A stretch of 64,000 nucleotides of DNA from Candidatus Thorarchaeota archaeon (GTDB lineage: Archaea > Asgardarchaeota > Thorarchaeia > Thorarchaeales > Thorarchaeaceae), in contig JAWOEX010000032.1 of the NCBI GenBank assembly GCA_046482545.1, forward strand, positions 32,001 to 96,000. The letters run 5' to 3'. Every line of letters starts with the position of its first letter. Within the stretch, counting starts at the first letter, position 1. Below, in pieces: positions 1-11,132 of this stretch. The notes under the pieces are model-generated. The model saw only the letters and a list, made by a program, of their open reading frames with translations. It was not told the origin of the DNA and ran no database searches. The position numbers and the translations under genes are program-made.

Positions 1-1
1 C

Positions 2-3000
2 ACAGACCCCACACTCGAAGATACTGATGGCGATCAGCTCTCCGATTTTGTCGAAATTCATATGACACTAACAGACCCTCTTGTAAAGATGTATAATTCC
101 ACTCACACCGACTACGAAATTGATAGCGACGGTGACGGTATCATCAACGGTGACGAAGTTGACATATACGATACTTCACCAGGTGATGCTGATTCGGATG
201 ATGATGGAATCTACGATGGGCTTGAGGTATTCAGCTATGGTACAGACCCTCTTGATAACGACACTGATGGTGACGGCCTAACTGATTTCGAGGAGATATA
301 TGTATACTCGACTGACCCACTCTTAATGGATTCTGATGGTGATAGACTGTATGATGGCGTCGAAGTTAACCAACTGGGAACTGATCCTTCGAAGTATAGC
401 ACATATGAGAATGGTACATCGGACTACGATTTAGATATGGATGGAGACGGTTTGAGTAATGGGATCGAGATTTATGGCTACGGCACCGATCCCACAAACA
501 ATGATACTGACGGAGACGGCCTTTCAGATGGTGTCGAGGTCAACTACGCTGGATCGAGTCCAACCGACAAAGATACAGATGATGATGGTATCAGTGACTA
601 TGACGAGTATGTGATTTATGGTACAAATCCAAGGAACCAAGATTCTGATGCCGATGGACTGACTGATTATGACGAGATATATGTCTATGGCACGTCTCCA
701 ATTCTGTGGGACACAGATGGAGACGGGCTCAGTGATTATGATGAAATTAACGAATACAATACAGATCCGACTATGAAGGACTCTGATTCTGATGGTATAG
801 GTGATAAGAAGGAACTCGACTTAGGTACGGATCCGAATTCGAATGACACAGACTCCGACGGTCTGAGCGACTGGGAAGAGTGGAAGATTTACGGTACAGA
901 TCCTACCACTGCTGATGGTGACGATGACGGCCTTAATGATGCGGAAGAAATCGCTTTGGGGACTGATCCCGACAATCCGGATTCAGATTTTGATGGGTTG
1001 ACCGATGGTGATGAGGTGAACGTCTACGGTACAGACCCCTTGGATGAAGATACAGACAATGACAGGTTATCTGATTATGATGAAATTTTCAATAGTCACA
1101 CAGACCCTACATCTGCAGACACTGATGGCGATGGAATCCCCGACGACTTGGATGACGAAGATGGTGATGGCCTAAATAACTATCTTGAGATTTATCTTTA
1201 CGAGACCAATTGCACACTTATCGATAGCGATTATGATGGATTGTCTGACTACTATGAAGTTTTTGTAAGTGAGACAGACCCGAATGCGGCAGATACTGAT
1301 GGAGATGGGCTAGATGACTGGGATGAACTCTTCTACTACTCAAGTGACCCCAATATGATTGATACAGACTCAGACGGGCTCGATGATGGTGAAGAGGCTC
1401 TCACGTACCATACTCTCCTGAATAATTCCGATACGGATGGGGACGGGCTTTCTGATTACGATGAGATAAAGGTATTCGAAACCGATCCGCTTGAGCCTGA
1501 CTCGGATGACGACGGACTCGAAGACGGGGAAGAACTCAATATCTATAATACCGACCCGCTGTCTCCAGATTCTGATAATGATGGGTTGCTGGATTCACAG
1601 GAAGTGAATCTGGGAACTGATCCACTTGAGCGCGATACCGACCAAGATGGCCTGACTGATTTTCAAGAAGTAAACATAACCCTTACAGATCCTCTTCTTT
1701 ACAGTACCAAAGGAGACGGCACTCCGGATTCGGAGTGGGACATGGATTCTGACCGACTTACGAATTGGCAAGAAATAGTGCTAACGAAGACTGACCCCCG
1801 TTGTAATGATACGGATGGCGATGGCATTCTTGATGGTGATGATGATGAGGATCGAGATTTGCTTACCAACTATGAAGAATGTGTTCTGACAGAGACGGAT
1901 CCCCGCGACAAAGATAGCAACGATAATGGCATTTCGGACTTCAATGATGATGAAGATGGCGACGGGTTGACGAATGGGGAAGAAGTCCAGACCTACTTCA
2001 CAGATCCGCTTGATGAAGACACAGACGGCGATGGTCTGACTGACTATGAGGAGGTGGAGGAGTACTCAACAGATCCTTTGAGCAAGGATACGGATGTCGA
2101 TGGCTTATCCGATTTTGAAGAAGTGGAAGAATATGGAACCGACCCCCTCTGCAACGATACTGATGGCGATTCGTTGAGCGATTATGAAGAGGTCTACCTA
2201 ACCGATACTGACCCCACTACCAATACAACATATGGGGATACTCTAGACTCAGAGTATGATTCTGATGGCGATGGTCTCACGAATATAGACGAATTACGGA
2301 TTTACGGTACAACCGCGCTTGACCCAGATACTGATGACGATAATCTGGAAGACGGTTATGAAATCGAACTTGGAACAGATCCTCTTGATGAGGATTCGGA
2401 TTCAGACTCTCTACTGGATGGTGATGAGGTCTATATTTACGGCACAGACCCACTGAGTAACGATACTGATTCTGATGGTCTGTCAGATTATGAGGAAATC
2501 AGTGTTTTCGGTACAAACGCAACAGCTCCAGATACTGACGGCGATCGATTGAACGACTATGACGAAATTATCGTCTACGAGACGGATCCTCTGAACCCTG
2601 ATTCGGATGACGACGGTGTTGATGATTATGATGAAGTAATTACTTGGGAAATTGATCCCTGGGCAATAGATACAGACTCAGACGGACTTACAGATTACTT
2701 CGAGATTATGAATTTTGGATTGTTAGGTTGTCATCCAGGCAATAATGATACAGACTCAGACGGACTCGACGATGGAGAAGAAGTCAACGTGTACGGAACG
2801 GATCCCAGCGACGAAGACACAGATGGAGACGGCTTAACAGACTATGAGGAGGTTGTTATCTATGGGACCGATCCTCTGCGAAAAGACACAGATGGAGATG
2901 GCTTACCGGATGCGGATGACTTTCAGCCCACGATTCATTGGGCAATCCCATTAGGTGTTGCGACAGTTATGCTGGCTGTAGTTGCATTAGTTGCCAGACG

Positions 3001-3373
3001 AATTAAGAAAGAGATGGAAGTGGAAGAGTACATCACCAAGGCTGAGCCCACCAGTCCTGGCCTCGAAGCAGGTATGGACGTATCGGTCGAATATAAGATT
3101 CGCGAAGGCATGGTGGTCTTTGGTGTGGTTGTGAGAAACGGGTCTGATATGGGGATGCGTAATGCTCAGGTCGTACTTGGAGTACCAGAGCTTACTGAGA
3201 CGATTAAAAGCAAGCATATTGGCACCATATCTCCTGGCGAATTAAGCGTCAATGAGATTGAGTTTGAGTTGCAACCAGGGGCTAAGGGCGAACTGGTCGG
3301 GATGCTGGAATATGACACTGAAGAAGGCGAGCATAGAGTTGTAAACCTCCGTCCAGTAGAAATCACGGCTTAG
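2..3373 (+). CDS. Giant acidic Ca-binding repeat (thrombospondin type 3-like, TDPxxxDTDGDGLxDxxE) surface protein with C-terminal TM helix and cytoplasmic Ig-like domain; 5' end lies outside window
   Basis: Frame is open from base 2 ([21 protein letters not shown]), so M at 62 is internal; dozens of ~23-aa DxDxDG repeats; hydrophobic [21 protein letters not shown] followed by RRIKK. Confidence 0.9.
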   Translation, partial: TDPTLEDTDGDQLSDFVEIHMTLTDPLVKMYNSTHTDYEIDSDGDGIINGDEVDIYDTSPGDADSDDDGIYDGLEVFSYGTDPLDNDTDGDGLTDFEEIYVYSTDPLLMDSDGDRLYDGVEVNQLGTDPSKYSTYENGTSDYDLDMDGDGLSNGIEIYGYGTDPTNNDTDGDGLSDGVEVNYAGSSPTDKDTDDDGISDYDEYVIYGTNPRNQDSDADGLTDYDEIYVYGTSPILWDTDGDGLSDYDEINEYNTDPTMKDSDSDGIGDKKELDLGTDPNSNDTDSDGLSDWEEWKIYGTDPTTADGDDDGLNDAEEIALGTDPDNPDSDFDGLTDGDEVNVYGTDPLDEDTDNDRLSDYDEIFNSHTDPTSADTDGDGIPDDLDDEDGDGLNNYLEIYLYETNCTLIDSDYDGLSDYYEVFVSETDPNAADTDGDGLDDWDELFYYSSDPNMIDTDSDGLDDGEEALTYHTLLNNSDTDGDGLSDYDEIKVFETDPLEPDSDDDGLEDGEELNIYNTDPLSPDSDNDGLLDSQEVNLGTDPLERDTDQDGLTDFQEVNITLTDPLLYSTKGDGTPDSEWDMDSDRLTNWQEIVLTKTDPRCNDTDGDGILDGDDDEDRDLLTNYEECVLTETDPRDKDSNDNGISDFNDDEDGDGLTNGEEVQTYFTDPLDEDTDGDGLTDYEEVEEYSTDPLSKDTDVDGLSDFEEVEEYGTDPLCNDTDGDSLSDYEEVYLTDTDPTTNTTYGDTLDSEYDSDGDGLTNIDELRIYGTTALDPDTDDDNLEDGYEIELGTDPLDEDSDSDSLLDGDEVYIYGTDPLSNDTDSDGLSDYEEISVFGTNATAPDTDGDRLNDYDEIIVYETDPLNPDSDDDGVDDYDEVITWEIDPWAIDTDSDGLTDYFEIMNFGLLGCHPGNNDTDSDGLDDGEEVNVYGTDPSDEDTDGDGLTDYEEVVIYGTDPLRKDTDGDGLPDADDFQPTIHWAIPLGVATVMLAVVALVARRIKKEMEVEEYITKAEPTSPGLEAGMDVSVEYKIREGMVVFGVVVRNGSDMGMRNAQVVLGVPELTETIKSKHIGTISPGELSVNEIEFELQPGAKGELVGMLEYDTEEGEHRVVNLRPVEITA

Positions 3374-3379
3374 TGAAAA

Positions 3380-4681
3380 TTGATAAGAAAACTTTTCCCT
3401 AAAACCTGGGAGGGAGAGCAGAAGTTGGAGTCAAAAAAGCTCCTAGGGAATATTCAGCGAGTTCTGGATTCCGTAGGAATTGACCGGCATATAGACACTG
3501 ACCGTCTCCGCCGGCCCGAAATTGGGGATTCTCGAAGGGAATATCTCACTGAACTCGAAGAAAATCTACGCAGCATGATTGATTCATTTAGTGATGATGA
3601 ACGTCTGGCCAGCACGCTCATGAGACTTGCCAATTTACACTTCCAGGACGGCAACCTAGGAAAGGCAATTATGCTGTATGAAGTGGTACTGGGCATTGAG
3701 CCAAATCGTCCAGAGCCCCTCATGTATATGGGCATAGCATATCTTTTTGCCGATAAGCCAAACGAAGCCGTGGAATGTTTCCGTGTTATCAATAGAATGC
3801 AACCAGATGAAGCAGAAGTACTAGCGTATTTGGCTTTGGCTGAAGTTCATGCTGGCGAATTATCTCGTGCAAGAAGACATTTGGATAGGGCTGTTGCTCT
3901 CGCACCTGAATCTGACAGAACAAAGTACGTTAAGGCGATTTTCTTGGAAGCGATGGGAAAGAAAGAAGAAGCAGTTAGTGAGATAGACCACCTCCTAGAA
4001 ATCAATCCCGGTTCATTTCCAGCACTCCTTGAGCTAGCGAGAATGAAAACTGAACAAGGGGAAATAGAGGCCGCCAAGAAGCTTCTCGATAGAGCTCTGA
4101 ATATGGACCCAGCTCATCCAATAGCTCTTTCTGCCCTAGGTGACATCTTCTATAAGCTAGACCAATATGAGGCGGCCCTCTACTATTTCGACAAAGCGAT
4201 TGGAATCAATTCCGAGTCTTCTGAGCTATGGGTGAAAAAGGGTGATGCTCATTTAGCTCTGAGAGCAATAGAACAGGCTCATAATGCATATGAAAAAGCC
4301 GTTGGTCTGGATCCCGAAAACGCCTCAGCTTGGATGAAAAATGGTGAACTGCTGGCTCTACAAGGTGACAAGTCTGCTGCACTGAAGTGTTATGATACCG
4401 CCATCTCACTAGAACCAGAGAATGCAGACTATGCACACCAGCGAGGTATGCTTCATGTCGCGATAGGACAGCTTGAGAACGCGTTGATAGATTTCGATAT
4501 TGCGCTCGCAGCAGAACCAAGCAATCCCATCCATGTCTATCAGCGGGCAATTGTATTGGAACTTCTAGATAGGCCAGAAGAAGCAAAGCGGACATGGGAA
4601 ATCGCGCGCGACTTGTATGAGAGCATCGGCAATGCCACCAAAGCAGCTGAATGCTCAGCTCGTGCTAGAAGACTTGCTTAG
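3380..4681 (+). CDS. Tetratricopeptide repeat protein
   Basis: Repeated ~34-aa A/L/G/Y helical pattern (e.g. AWMKNGELLALQGDKSAALKCYDTAISLEPENA); 6 bp after upstream gene. Confidence 0.9.
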   Translation: MIRKLFPKTWEGEQKLESKKLLGNIQRVLDSVGIDRHIDTDRLRRPEIGDSRREYLTELEENLRSMIDSFSDDERLASTLMRLANLHFQDGNLGKAIMLYEVVLGIEPNRPEPLMYMGIAYLFADKPNEAVECFRVINRMQPDEAEVLAYLALAEVHAGELSRARRHLDRAVALAPESDRTKYVKAIFLEAMGKKEEAVSEIDHLLEINPGSFPALLELARMKTEQGEIEAAKKLLDRALNMDPAHPIALSALGDIFYKLDQYEAALYYFDKAIGINSESSELWVKKGDAHLALRAIEQAHNAYEKAVGLDPENASAWMKNGELLALQGDKSAALKCYDTAISLEPENADYAHQRGMLHVAIGQLENALIDFDIALAAEPSNPIHVYQRAIVLELLDRPEEAKRTWEIARDLYESIGNATKAAECSARARRLA

Positions 4682-4685
4682 CTCA

Positions 4686-7600
4686 TTAGGGATCAGATTG
4701 AGAATGCTTCTTGTCTAACTCAAGGCTTCTCATGTTCTTGAGGTGATGGACCATGTTAGTACTTGGTGCGATTACAAAGAAAAACTCCAGGCTTTTGTTC
4801 TCCCCTGGGTCCAGACGAGCATCATCTTCGAATACAATCCATTGTACTTGCTCCCCTCCGTTTGACAATGAAAGTGCTCTATTGGCTTTATTGCTTGAAA
4901 TAATGCCAAGAATCTGGTTTGTTTCCGGATTGCGGAATGCACCCCATGCCTCTCTTGAGTCTGGACGGAGAACTGTTGAAACTGCAGTGGGCTTGTATGC
5001 GATTTTATTTCCCTCAACAATTGTATGAATTTCACTCTGAGCTCTTTCACCTAATCTGGGCACACCGCGGAGTCCGAAATGAATTCTGTTCCATTTTTTG
5101 CTTCTATTCTTGATACTCATACAGCTATTCACCACTGGCGCACCTTGCAGAAGCAAGTAAGTGATGGATGCCTCAATGCCTTCCATCTCGGGGCAATGCT
5201 TCAACGTAGCCCTCATTTCATACCCATGCCAGGGACCCTTCTGCACTCTTTCAATCGTCCATTTCTCTTTTGGAACTGCGCTCTGCCAATCCCAAATATT
5301 CCAGCCCCGAAGTATAGGCGTCATGCCGCTGTAATGCTCATCATCCCAGATGAAGGGGTTTGCTTCCGGGAATGTATCATAGAACACGTTTTCTTCCTTT
5401 CGACCAAATCGAACAAAGCTGGCAGAATAGCTTGGTGAAACTCCTATTTCATAGTCTTCGGATTCTACGAGATGAAGTTCTGTTCCGCTTTGGCTGTTTA
5501 TTTTGTAGTCTAATTTTGACTGGCTATCATACAGTATTGCTGTAAACGGAATTGTGACGATTCTATCAGGGAAACTGAGATTAATCTGTCCACCTTCACA
5601 GAATGTTCTACAATCAGTTTCACAGGTAATCTCAAGTTCCATGAGAAACGGCTGCTCGATACTGAAATCCCCTGTATGAAAATCGATGGTTTCTTTTCCT
5701 GCTGCAGTGATTCCTTGTGGAAGCCGAAGTACACCCTTGGCTTTTGTTGGGTCTCTGTGAATAATCTCAATCTGTAATCTGATTTGATTCGCTCTCGATT
5801 TATCTAGGAAAAGAATGGATTGTCCTGTTCCAAACGAATTATCATTCAGCTTCAGAAATGTCACTTCTAAATCTTCTCGAATTGGTGGTGGCTTGTGTAT
5901 ATCGATGCTATTAGCTCGAGCCTGTTCCCACACTTTCCTGACTTTTTGCCAACCACCTTGTCCAATCACAAGGCTGACTAGTTGTTTCTCAATACTTGCT
6001 CCTGAAGGCAAATCATCTAATTTGTACTCCAGGGTTGGCATCATGGGTCTTCTTGCAAGTTGAATGCTTTGTATATCTTCATGACTCCAAACTGATCCAA
6101 TTAGGGAGCTGGCATTGTCGACTTCCACAGAAGCCCATTCCTCCTTATAGTATTCCGGCTTCTTGGGTATCTGCCCCCTGCCTGTCCATTCAGAGTTCAC
6201 CAGCTGATAGAGCCCTTTTGCTAAGGGCACTAATATCCTGTCTCCACGTTCGTTAGACCACCCTCCTATTCTGACACCCAGGTTCTGATACTTGGAACCC
6301 CCCTTGTTGTGCAGATTCAATGATACTTGCAGCAAACCATCTTCAGTAGCGCAGTACTTTGCTTTGTAGTGGAGCCCTGGCCTTTCGTTTGAATCTTCAC
6401 TTAGTATGATTCTAGCGCTTTGCACATCATTCTCTAATTTCACTTTCAACTCTCTTTGACTCCACTCACTGCCAACATCGGGAAATGGATACCCAAGCTG
6501 GGGCAGGTAAAACCATCCGGTTATTGTATGACCAGTGATTTTGTTCTCAATTGCCCGGATTTCCATTGGGGGGATTGGATTCAGTCTCATTCGCCATGAA
6601 TTCGTTTCCAAGATATAGGAGCCACCAAGTGCCTGATAGGCTATTGCCTCCGATGCGTCGAGGACAGGTATGACAAGCTCCTCTTGTCTCAGTTTCTTGT
6701 ATTCCTCTCCATCTTTAACTTGGATTTCGACGAATATCTTTTCCCCCTGGTTTCTGATGTCCTCTTGTGCAATTACTTCTACTTCAAACGTAACAATGCT
6801 ATCGGATTCGAAATCAAAGGTCTTCTTTTGAGCTCGTACTATCTCCCCCTCATCTGGAGAAATCTGAACAATCCCTTCCAACGGTGTATTCGTATGATTC
6901 TCAAGGGTGAGGGTTAGCTCTCTGGTTTCTCCAGGAATAAGGCAAGGATACCGTGGACCAGTTGAAAGAGAAACAGGTTGAATCGGTATGATGCCGGAGT
7001 ATAACGTTATTCTCTCTCCATCAATTTCAAGATGAAACTCAGAATAAGTCGCCACTTTCTCATCAGGATTCTTATCCCTGTCCAAATGCCTTGCGCTATC
7101 GTCAAGAACGAATGTACCTACCAGCTTGAATTCATCACCAGGCTCAATCGCAACAGGAGTCGGATCTTTGGCTTCTATATGCAATGAACCGTTTACCTCT
7201 TTTTCGACTGACAAGTTCACAATCGATTCTGAGCTATTCTTTACTTCGAGAGTGAATTCTCTTGCACCAAAGCCGATATAGCCTTCATGCTGTTCCGGTT
7301 TCAACATAGCTGAAATGGTTTCGTCATCCAGCGTGAGCGAGAAACCACATATGCCTTTAGCCTCTCTATCGATGATGACCTCAAGCTCATCGCCATTCTT
7401 TCCCGAGAATCGATATCGGTAAATGCCAATTCCGTTCTCCTTTGTATCATCTGGCTCCTGGGTTAATACTCGATTTAGTGCGTCGTACCAGAAATATCGT
7501 TTGAAGAAAGAGCGGAACAGTTCACAGCCAATTATGCCCGGGATATAATTTTCCATCAAAACTCTAGTTTTGGGTACCCAATTCCAGCCAACTTTCTTGT

Positions 7601-8015
7601 AGAGTGGCATTGCTTTCAGGTTACCACCCCACGTGTGAAGGTCTAGCCTCCTTTTTTCCACTTCTGCAGCAGTCTCAGTAACCTCTAGGAGTAACGCTTT
7701 CCCAAATCCTTGACCATGAAACGCTGGGTTAACCCCGAGTAGGCCTACGTATGCAGATTCTGGGTCAAGTTCCCCCTCTGCAATATCACAGTAACCAACG
7801 ATTTCTTCACCTTCATATGCCGCGCAAGCTCTTATCCTCTCTCGTTTTTCATGATGTTCTAAGACTCTCTCTGCCGTAAACAGTGTACCATGAGTGAACC
7901 CTCCCGGCCAGCTATCAGCATCATCGAATGAGTTGAAACATTTGGCAAGAGCAGCCGCATCGGCTTTGTTGGTCTCAAAATCTCTTACCTTGTTTTTGGT
8001 ATATTTTTCTCTCAT
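4686..8015 (-). CDS. Large N-terminal GNAT acetyltransferase with long beta-rich C-terminal region
   Basis: GNAT motif A VNPAFHGQGFGKALL and NLKAMPLYKKVGW in first ~150 aa. Confidence 0.8.
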   Translation of the reverse strand: MREKYTKNKVRDFETNKADAAALAKCFNSFDDADSWPGGFTHGTLFTAERVLEHHEKRERIRACAAYEGEEIVGYCDIAEGELDPESAYVGLLGVNPAFHGQGFGKALLLEVTETAAEVEKRRLDLHTWGGNLKAMPLYKKVGWNWVPKTRVLMENYIPGIIGCELFRSFFKRYFWYDALNRVLTQEPDDTKENGIGIYRYRFSGKNGDELEVIIDREAKGICGFSLTLDDETISAMLKPEQHEGYIGFGAREFTLEVKNSSESIVNLSVEKEVNGSLHIEAKDPTPVAIEPGDEFKLVGTFVLDDSARHLDRDKNPDEKVATYSEFHLEIDGERITLYSGIIPIQPVSLSTGPRYPCLIPGETRELTLTLENHTNTPLEGIVQISPDEGEIVRAQKKTFDFESDSIVTFEVEVIAQEDIRNQGEKIFVEIQVKDGEEYKKLRQEELVIPVLDASEAIAYQALGGSYILETNSWRMRLNPIPPMEIRAIENKITGHTITGWFYLPQLGYPFPDVGSEWSQRELKVKLENDVQSARIILSEDSNERPGLHYKAKYCATEDGLLQVSLNLHNKGGSKYQNLGVRIGGWSNERGDRILVPLAKGLYQLVNSEWTGRGQIPKKPEYYKEEWASVEVDNASSLIGSVWSHEDIQSIQLARRPMMPTLEYKLDDLPSGASIEKQLVSLVIGQGGWQKVRKVWEQARANSIDIHKPPPIREDLEVTFLKLNDNSFGTGQSILFLDKSRANQIRLQIEIIHRDPTKAKGVLRLPQGITAAGKETIDFHTGDFSIEQPFLMELEITCETDCRTFCEGGQINLSFPDRIVTIPFTAILYDSQSKLDYKINSQSGTELHLVESEDYEIGVSPSYSASFVRFGRKEENVFYDTFPEANPFIWDDEHYSGMTPILRGWNIWDWQSAVPKEKWTIERVQKGPWHGYEMRATLKHCPEMEGIEASITYLLLQGAPVVNSCMSIKNRSKKWNRIHFGLRGVPRLGERAQSEIHTIVEGNKIAYKPTAVSTVLRPDSREAWGAFRNPETNQILGIISSNKANRALSLSNGGEQVQWIVFEDDARLDPGENKSLEFFFVIAPSTNMVHHLKNMRSLELDKKHSQSDP

Positions 8016-8117
8016 GGGGCAGAACTCCTAGAAGAAACTGGTAATTTCGTCGATTTAGATTGACTAAAGAGGTTTGTGACCAGCGCCACAGTTGGAGAGA
8101 GAAAGGGACTATGACCA

Positions 8118-9827
8118 TCAACTGAGAATGCTTCTCAACTCAGAAAGTCTTAGCGTGTTGATAATCTGGTCTTTCTCTAACCAACCCCTCCTCGCGTTTG
8201 ATAACCCCAGCTCCAAGTATCTGAGATGTTCGATGCTGTGAGCATCGCTTCCAAGCGAGAACTGAGCATCGTACTTCCGCGCCTGGAGTATGTCACTATC
8301 GCGCAGATCCAATCGAGAAGGGAAGCAGTTTACCTCAAGTATGGTTCCGTATTCTTCAGCAGCCGCGAAAACCTTGTCGAGATTAATTGCATACGGGTCT
8401 CTTTTCTGAATAATACGCCCAGTAGGATGCCCCAAAATATCGATATGTTCATTCTCCATTGCAGAAAGAATCCTCTCAGTCATCTCGTTTTCTTCTTGTT
8501 TGAATGAAGAATGTACTGCAGCAACTGTAACATCAAGATTCTCCAATGTGTCATCTTCCAAATCTAGGGTTCCATCTGGTAGAATATCCACTTCTGCCCC
8601 TGACAGGACTTCTATGTCATCGAATTGTTCATTTACCTCTGTGATTTCTTTTTCCCTTTCGCTAAACTCTTCATCAGAAAGGCCTTGAGCAATAGGCAGG
8701 CTTTCTGTATGGTCACAAATGGCGATATATTCGTGTCCAATTTCTCGCGCTTTCTCAACCATTTCTCCTATGGAATGCGAACCTTCACTCCAATTGCTAT
8801 GGATATGCAAATCTCCTTTGATGTCCTTCCAATTGACCAAGTCTGGTAGGTTATTCTGAGCCGCTGTTTCAATTTCCCCTCTATTTGTTCTGAGCTCTGG
8901 CGGAATATACTGGAGACCAAGCTTGTTGTAGATTTTCTCTTCAGTTGCCTGAGCTACTACTTCACCTGTGTCACGTTCCTCAAGACCATACTCACTCAGT
9001 TTCCAGTTGTGTTCTATCGCTCTTTTCCTCAGTTCCACATTATGCTCCTTAGATCCTGTGAAGTACATCAATGCTGCACCAAAGTTCTTCTCGTCGATTA
9101 CAAGAAGGTCAACCTGCAGCCCATTTCCTAGAACGATAGTGCTTTTCCTCTCGCCCTTCGATAAAACCCTATCAACTTGTTCCATCTGAACGAAACTGGT
9201 CATTACTTTGTTGGTCTTTTCGGATATGACTAGAATGTCAGCATCACCTATTGTGGCTTTTCTCCTTCTAATTGATCCTGCAAGCTCAATTCGTTTCACT
9301 ACATCAAGCTTGCCTAGTTTGTCAACGATTTTCTGTGCTGTTGGAAGCATATAGCCGAGCAGGAAGCGATCTTGATGGCTTCTGTACATTGAAATATTCT
9401 CTAAGATGTTATCCTCTGTCTTTTTGCCGAAGCCTTCAAGCTCTCTGATTTTCCCGTCTTCAGCTGCTTTCTGCAGTTCATCTACATTCCGTATTCCCAG
9501 TTGCCTGTAAAGCTTTACTGCTGTCTTAGGACCTATGCCTTCGATATCCATTATCTGACGAAGCTTACCTGGCATTTCTTGTTGCAGATTCTCTAGATAC
9601 TCAAGATGTCCAGTTTCAAGGTATTCCGCTATTTTGGATGCAATGCTTTCGCCAACTCCTGGGATATCTTGAAGATCACCTCGTTCAGCTACTTGCTCAA
9701 TATCGTCCGATAGAGTCTCAACTGCGCCTGCTGCTCTGCGATAAGCACGCGGCTTCCACTCTACTCCCTTTATTTCCAAGTAGTCCGCTATTTCATACAA
9801 TATCTCTGCTACTTCTGGATTTTTCAT
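8118..9827 (-). CDS. polX: DNA polymerase X / PHP 3'-5' exonuclease
   Basis: HhH motifs (IPGVG, IEGIGPK), GSIRR..GDADIL, YFTGSKEHN, PHP HIHSNWS/DH/SDAH; start taken at MKNPEVA (ORF track starts 9872). Confidence 0.95.
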   Translation of the reverse strand: MKNPEVAEILYEIADYLEIKGVEWKPRAYRRAAGAVETLSDDIEQVAERGDLQDIPGVGESIASKIAEYLETGHLEYLENLQQEMPGKLRQIMDIEGIGPKTAVKLYRQLGIRNVDELQKAAEDGKIRELEGFGKKTEDNILENISMYRSHQDRFLLGYMLPTAQKIVDKLGKLDVVKRIELAGSIRRRKATIGDADILVISEKTNKVMTSFVQMEQVDRVLSKGERKSTIVLGNGLQVDLLVIDEKNFGAALMYFTGSKEHNVELRKRAIEHNWKLSEYGLEERDTGEVVAQATEEKIYNKLGLQYIPPELRTNRGEIETAAQNNLPDLVNWKDIKGDLHIHSNWSEGSHSIGEMVEKAREIGHEYIAICDHTESLPIAQGLSDEEFSEREKEITEVNEQFDDIEVLSGAEVDILPDGTLDLEDDTLENLDVTVAAVHSSFKQEENEMTERILSAMENEHIDILGHPTGRIIQKRDPYAINLDKVFAAAEEYGTILEVNCFPSRLDLRDSDILQARKYDAQFSLGSDAHSIEHLRYLELGLSNARRGWLEKDQIINTLRLSELRSILS

Positions 9828-10086
9828 AAGCAACATTCCACCTCTTCTTACGTCCTTCCATGGCTGCTCCAATCAAGGCCCGCTTGGCCATTCTATTTCT
9901 TAGATACTTTAACTAGCGTTAGAACAAGAATAAGGTTTTTGACATGAAATGGTGGGGTTTTGTAGAGTCTTATTGCTTAGAGAATGGAAAAAAGCGGAAT
10001 GAGAAGGTCTATCAACATTTCTAAACCTAACACTTGATATCCATATTCGAAGCCGATTCGCGCTCCAACACATTCATACTTTCATG

Positions 10087-11034
10087 CTATTTGTAATCCC
10101 TGTCCAATGCACGCATGTAGAATTTGTTCCCTTCAAATTTTGCTTCAACAAGTTTCTCTTCATCTATCAATCTATGAATAGTATCCCAATTCTCTCCAGC
10201 TTTTGAGAGCAACGAATCGACCCCTTCTTCTCGCATTGGATGCACAGATGTAATATTGAGTATATCCTGTTCGAAGTTGCCTGTAAACGCGAATGCATTC
10301 CCCTCATAGCCAATCAGGTACTCGACGTGACTCAGCTTTTCACTGAATATCTGATACACTTCATTTATGGCTCGTTCAGTTGGAGGTCTGGCCCATGGCT
10401 CTGCGGGAGGTCTTGTGGGGATTGCAACGTAGGATTCCTCGGGTTCCACATCTGACAAGAATTCAGCAATCCTTAGAGCTTCATCGGTTTTGTCATTGAG
10501 ATCCGTAACTAGCATCGTTTCTGTTGCAAGTGCTCCATCATATTCATCTGCAAAAGTCATTATTCCTTCAAGAATATCATCATGATTCAGTTGCCTATGT
10601 GGCCTATTCACTTTACGCCACATAGACTCTGATGCTGCATCAACCTTTACGGAAACCCAGTCGGCAGCAAACAAGTCTTTCCTAACATCTTCATGGGAGA
10701 TTAGCGAGGAATTGGATATTACAGCAACCTTCTTTCCCAACCTCTTGACGTAATCTATCTCCTTTCCGAGGTTTGCATCAAGGGTTGGTTCCCCATCCGG
10801 CACGAATGTGAGATAGTCAATACGTTCATTCTTGTTCTGTGCTTTGTTGACTTGATCCTCTACCTTTCTATAGACTTCGTCTGGCGAATAGAACTTTTGA
10901 CGTTCTGACTGCATATGTATTGTTGGTCCGAGTTGGCAATATACACAGGAGTAGCTACAGATTTTGGGTGGGATGTTGTTTATTCCGATACTCTGTCCAA
11001 GTCTTCGAGACGGGACTGGCCCATAGGCTTCCAT
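10087..11034 (-). CDS. Radical SAM Fe-S protein (TYW1-related, COG0731-like)
   Basis: YGPVPSRRLGQSIGIN, CSYSCVYC, DGEPTL; start at MEAYGP inferred. Confidence 0.88.
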   Translation of the reverse strand: MEAYGPVPSRRLGQSIGINNIPPKICSYSCVYCQLGPTIHMQSERQKFYSPDEVYRKVEDQVNKAQNKNERIDYLTFVPDGEPTLDANLGKEIDYVKRLGKKVAVISNSSLISHEDVRKDLFAADWVSVKVDAASESMWRKVNRPHRQLNHDDILEGIMTFADEYDGALATETMLVTDLNDKTDEALRIAEFLSDVEPEESYVAIPTRPPAEPWARPPTERAINEVYQIFSEKLSHVEYLIGYEGNAFAFTGNFEQDILNITSVHPMREEGVDSLLSKAGENWDTIHRLIDEEKLVEAKFEGNKFYMRALDRDYK

Positions 11035-11132
11035 TGAATGCCCACGCATAATTAATTCATCATTATAATATTTGACGAGCTGCCACATAACTACTCTGAT
11101 AGCTCAAAATCCTTATTCCCCTCATGATTACT

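Noticed and set aside
2-2930. Periodic DNA repeats (gatactgatggcgatgg-like) as a possible CRISPR or tandem array
   Set aside because: Degenerate at third codon positions and fully explained by protein repeats in one open frame
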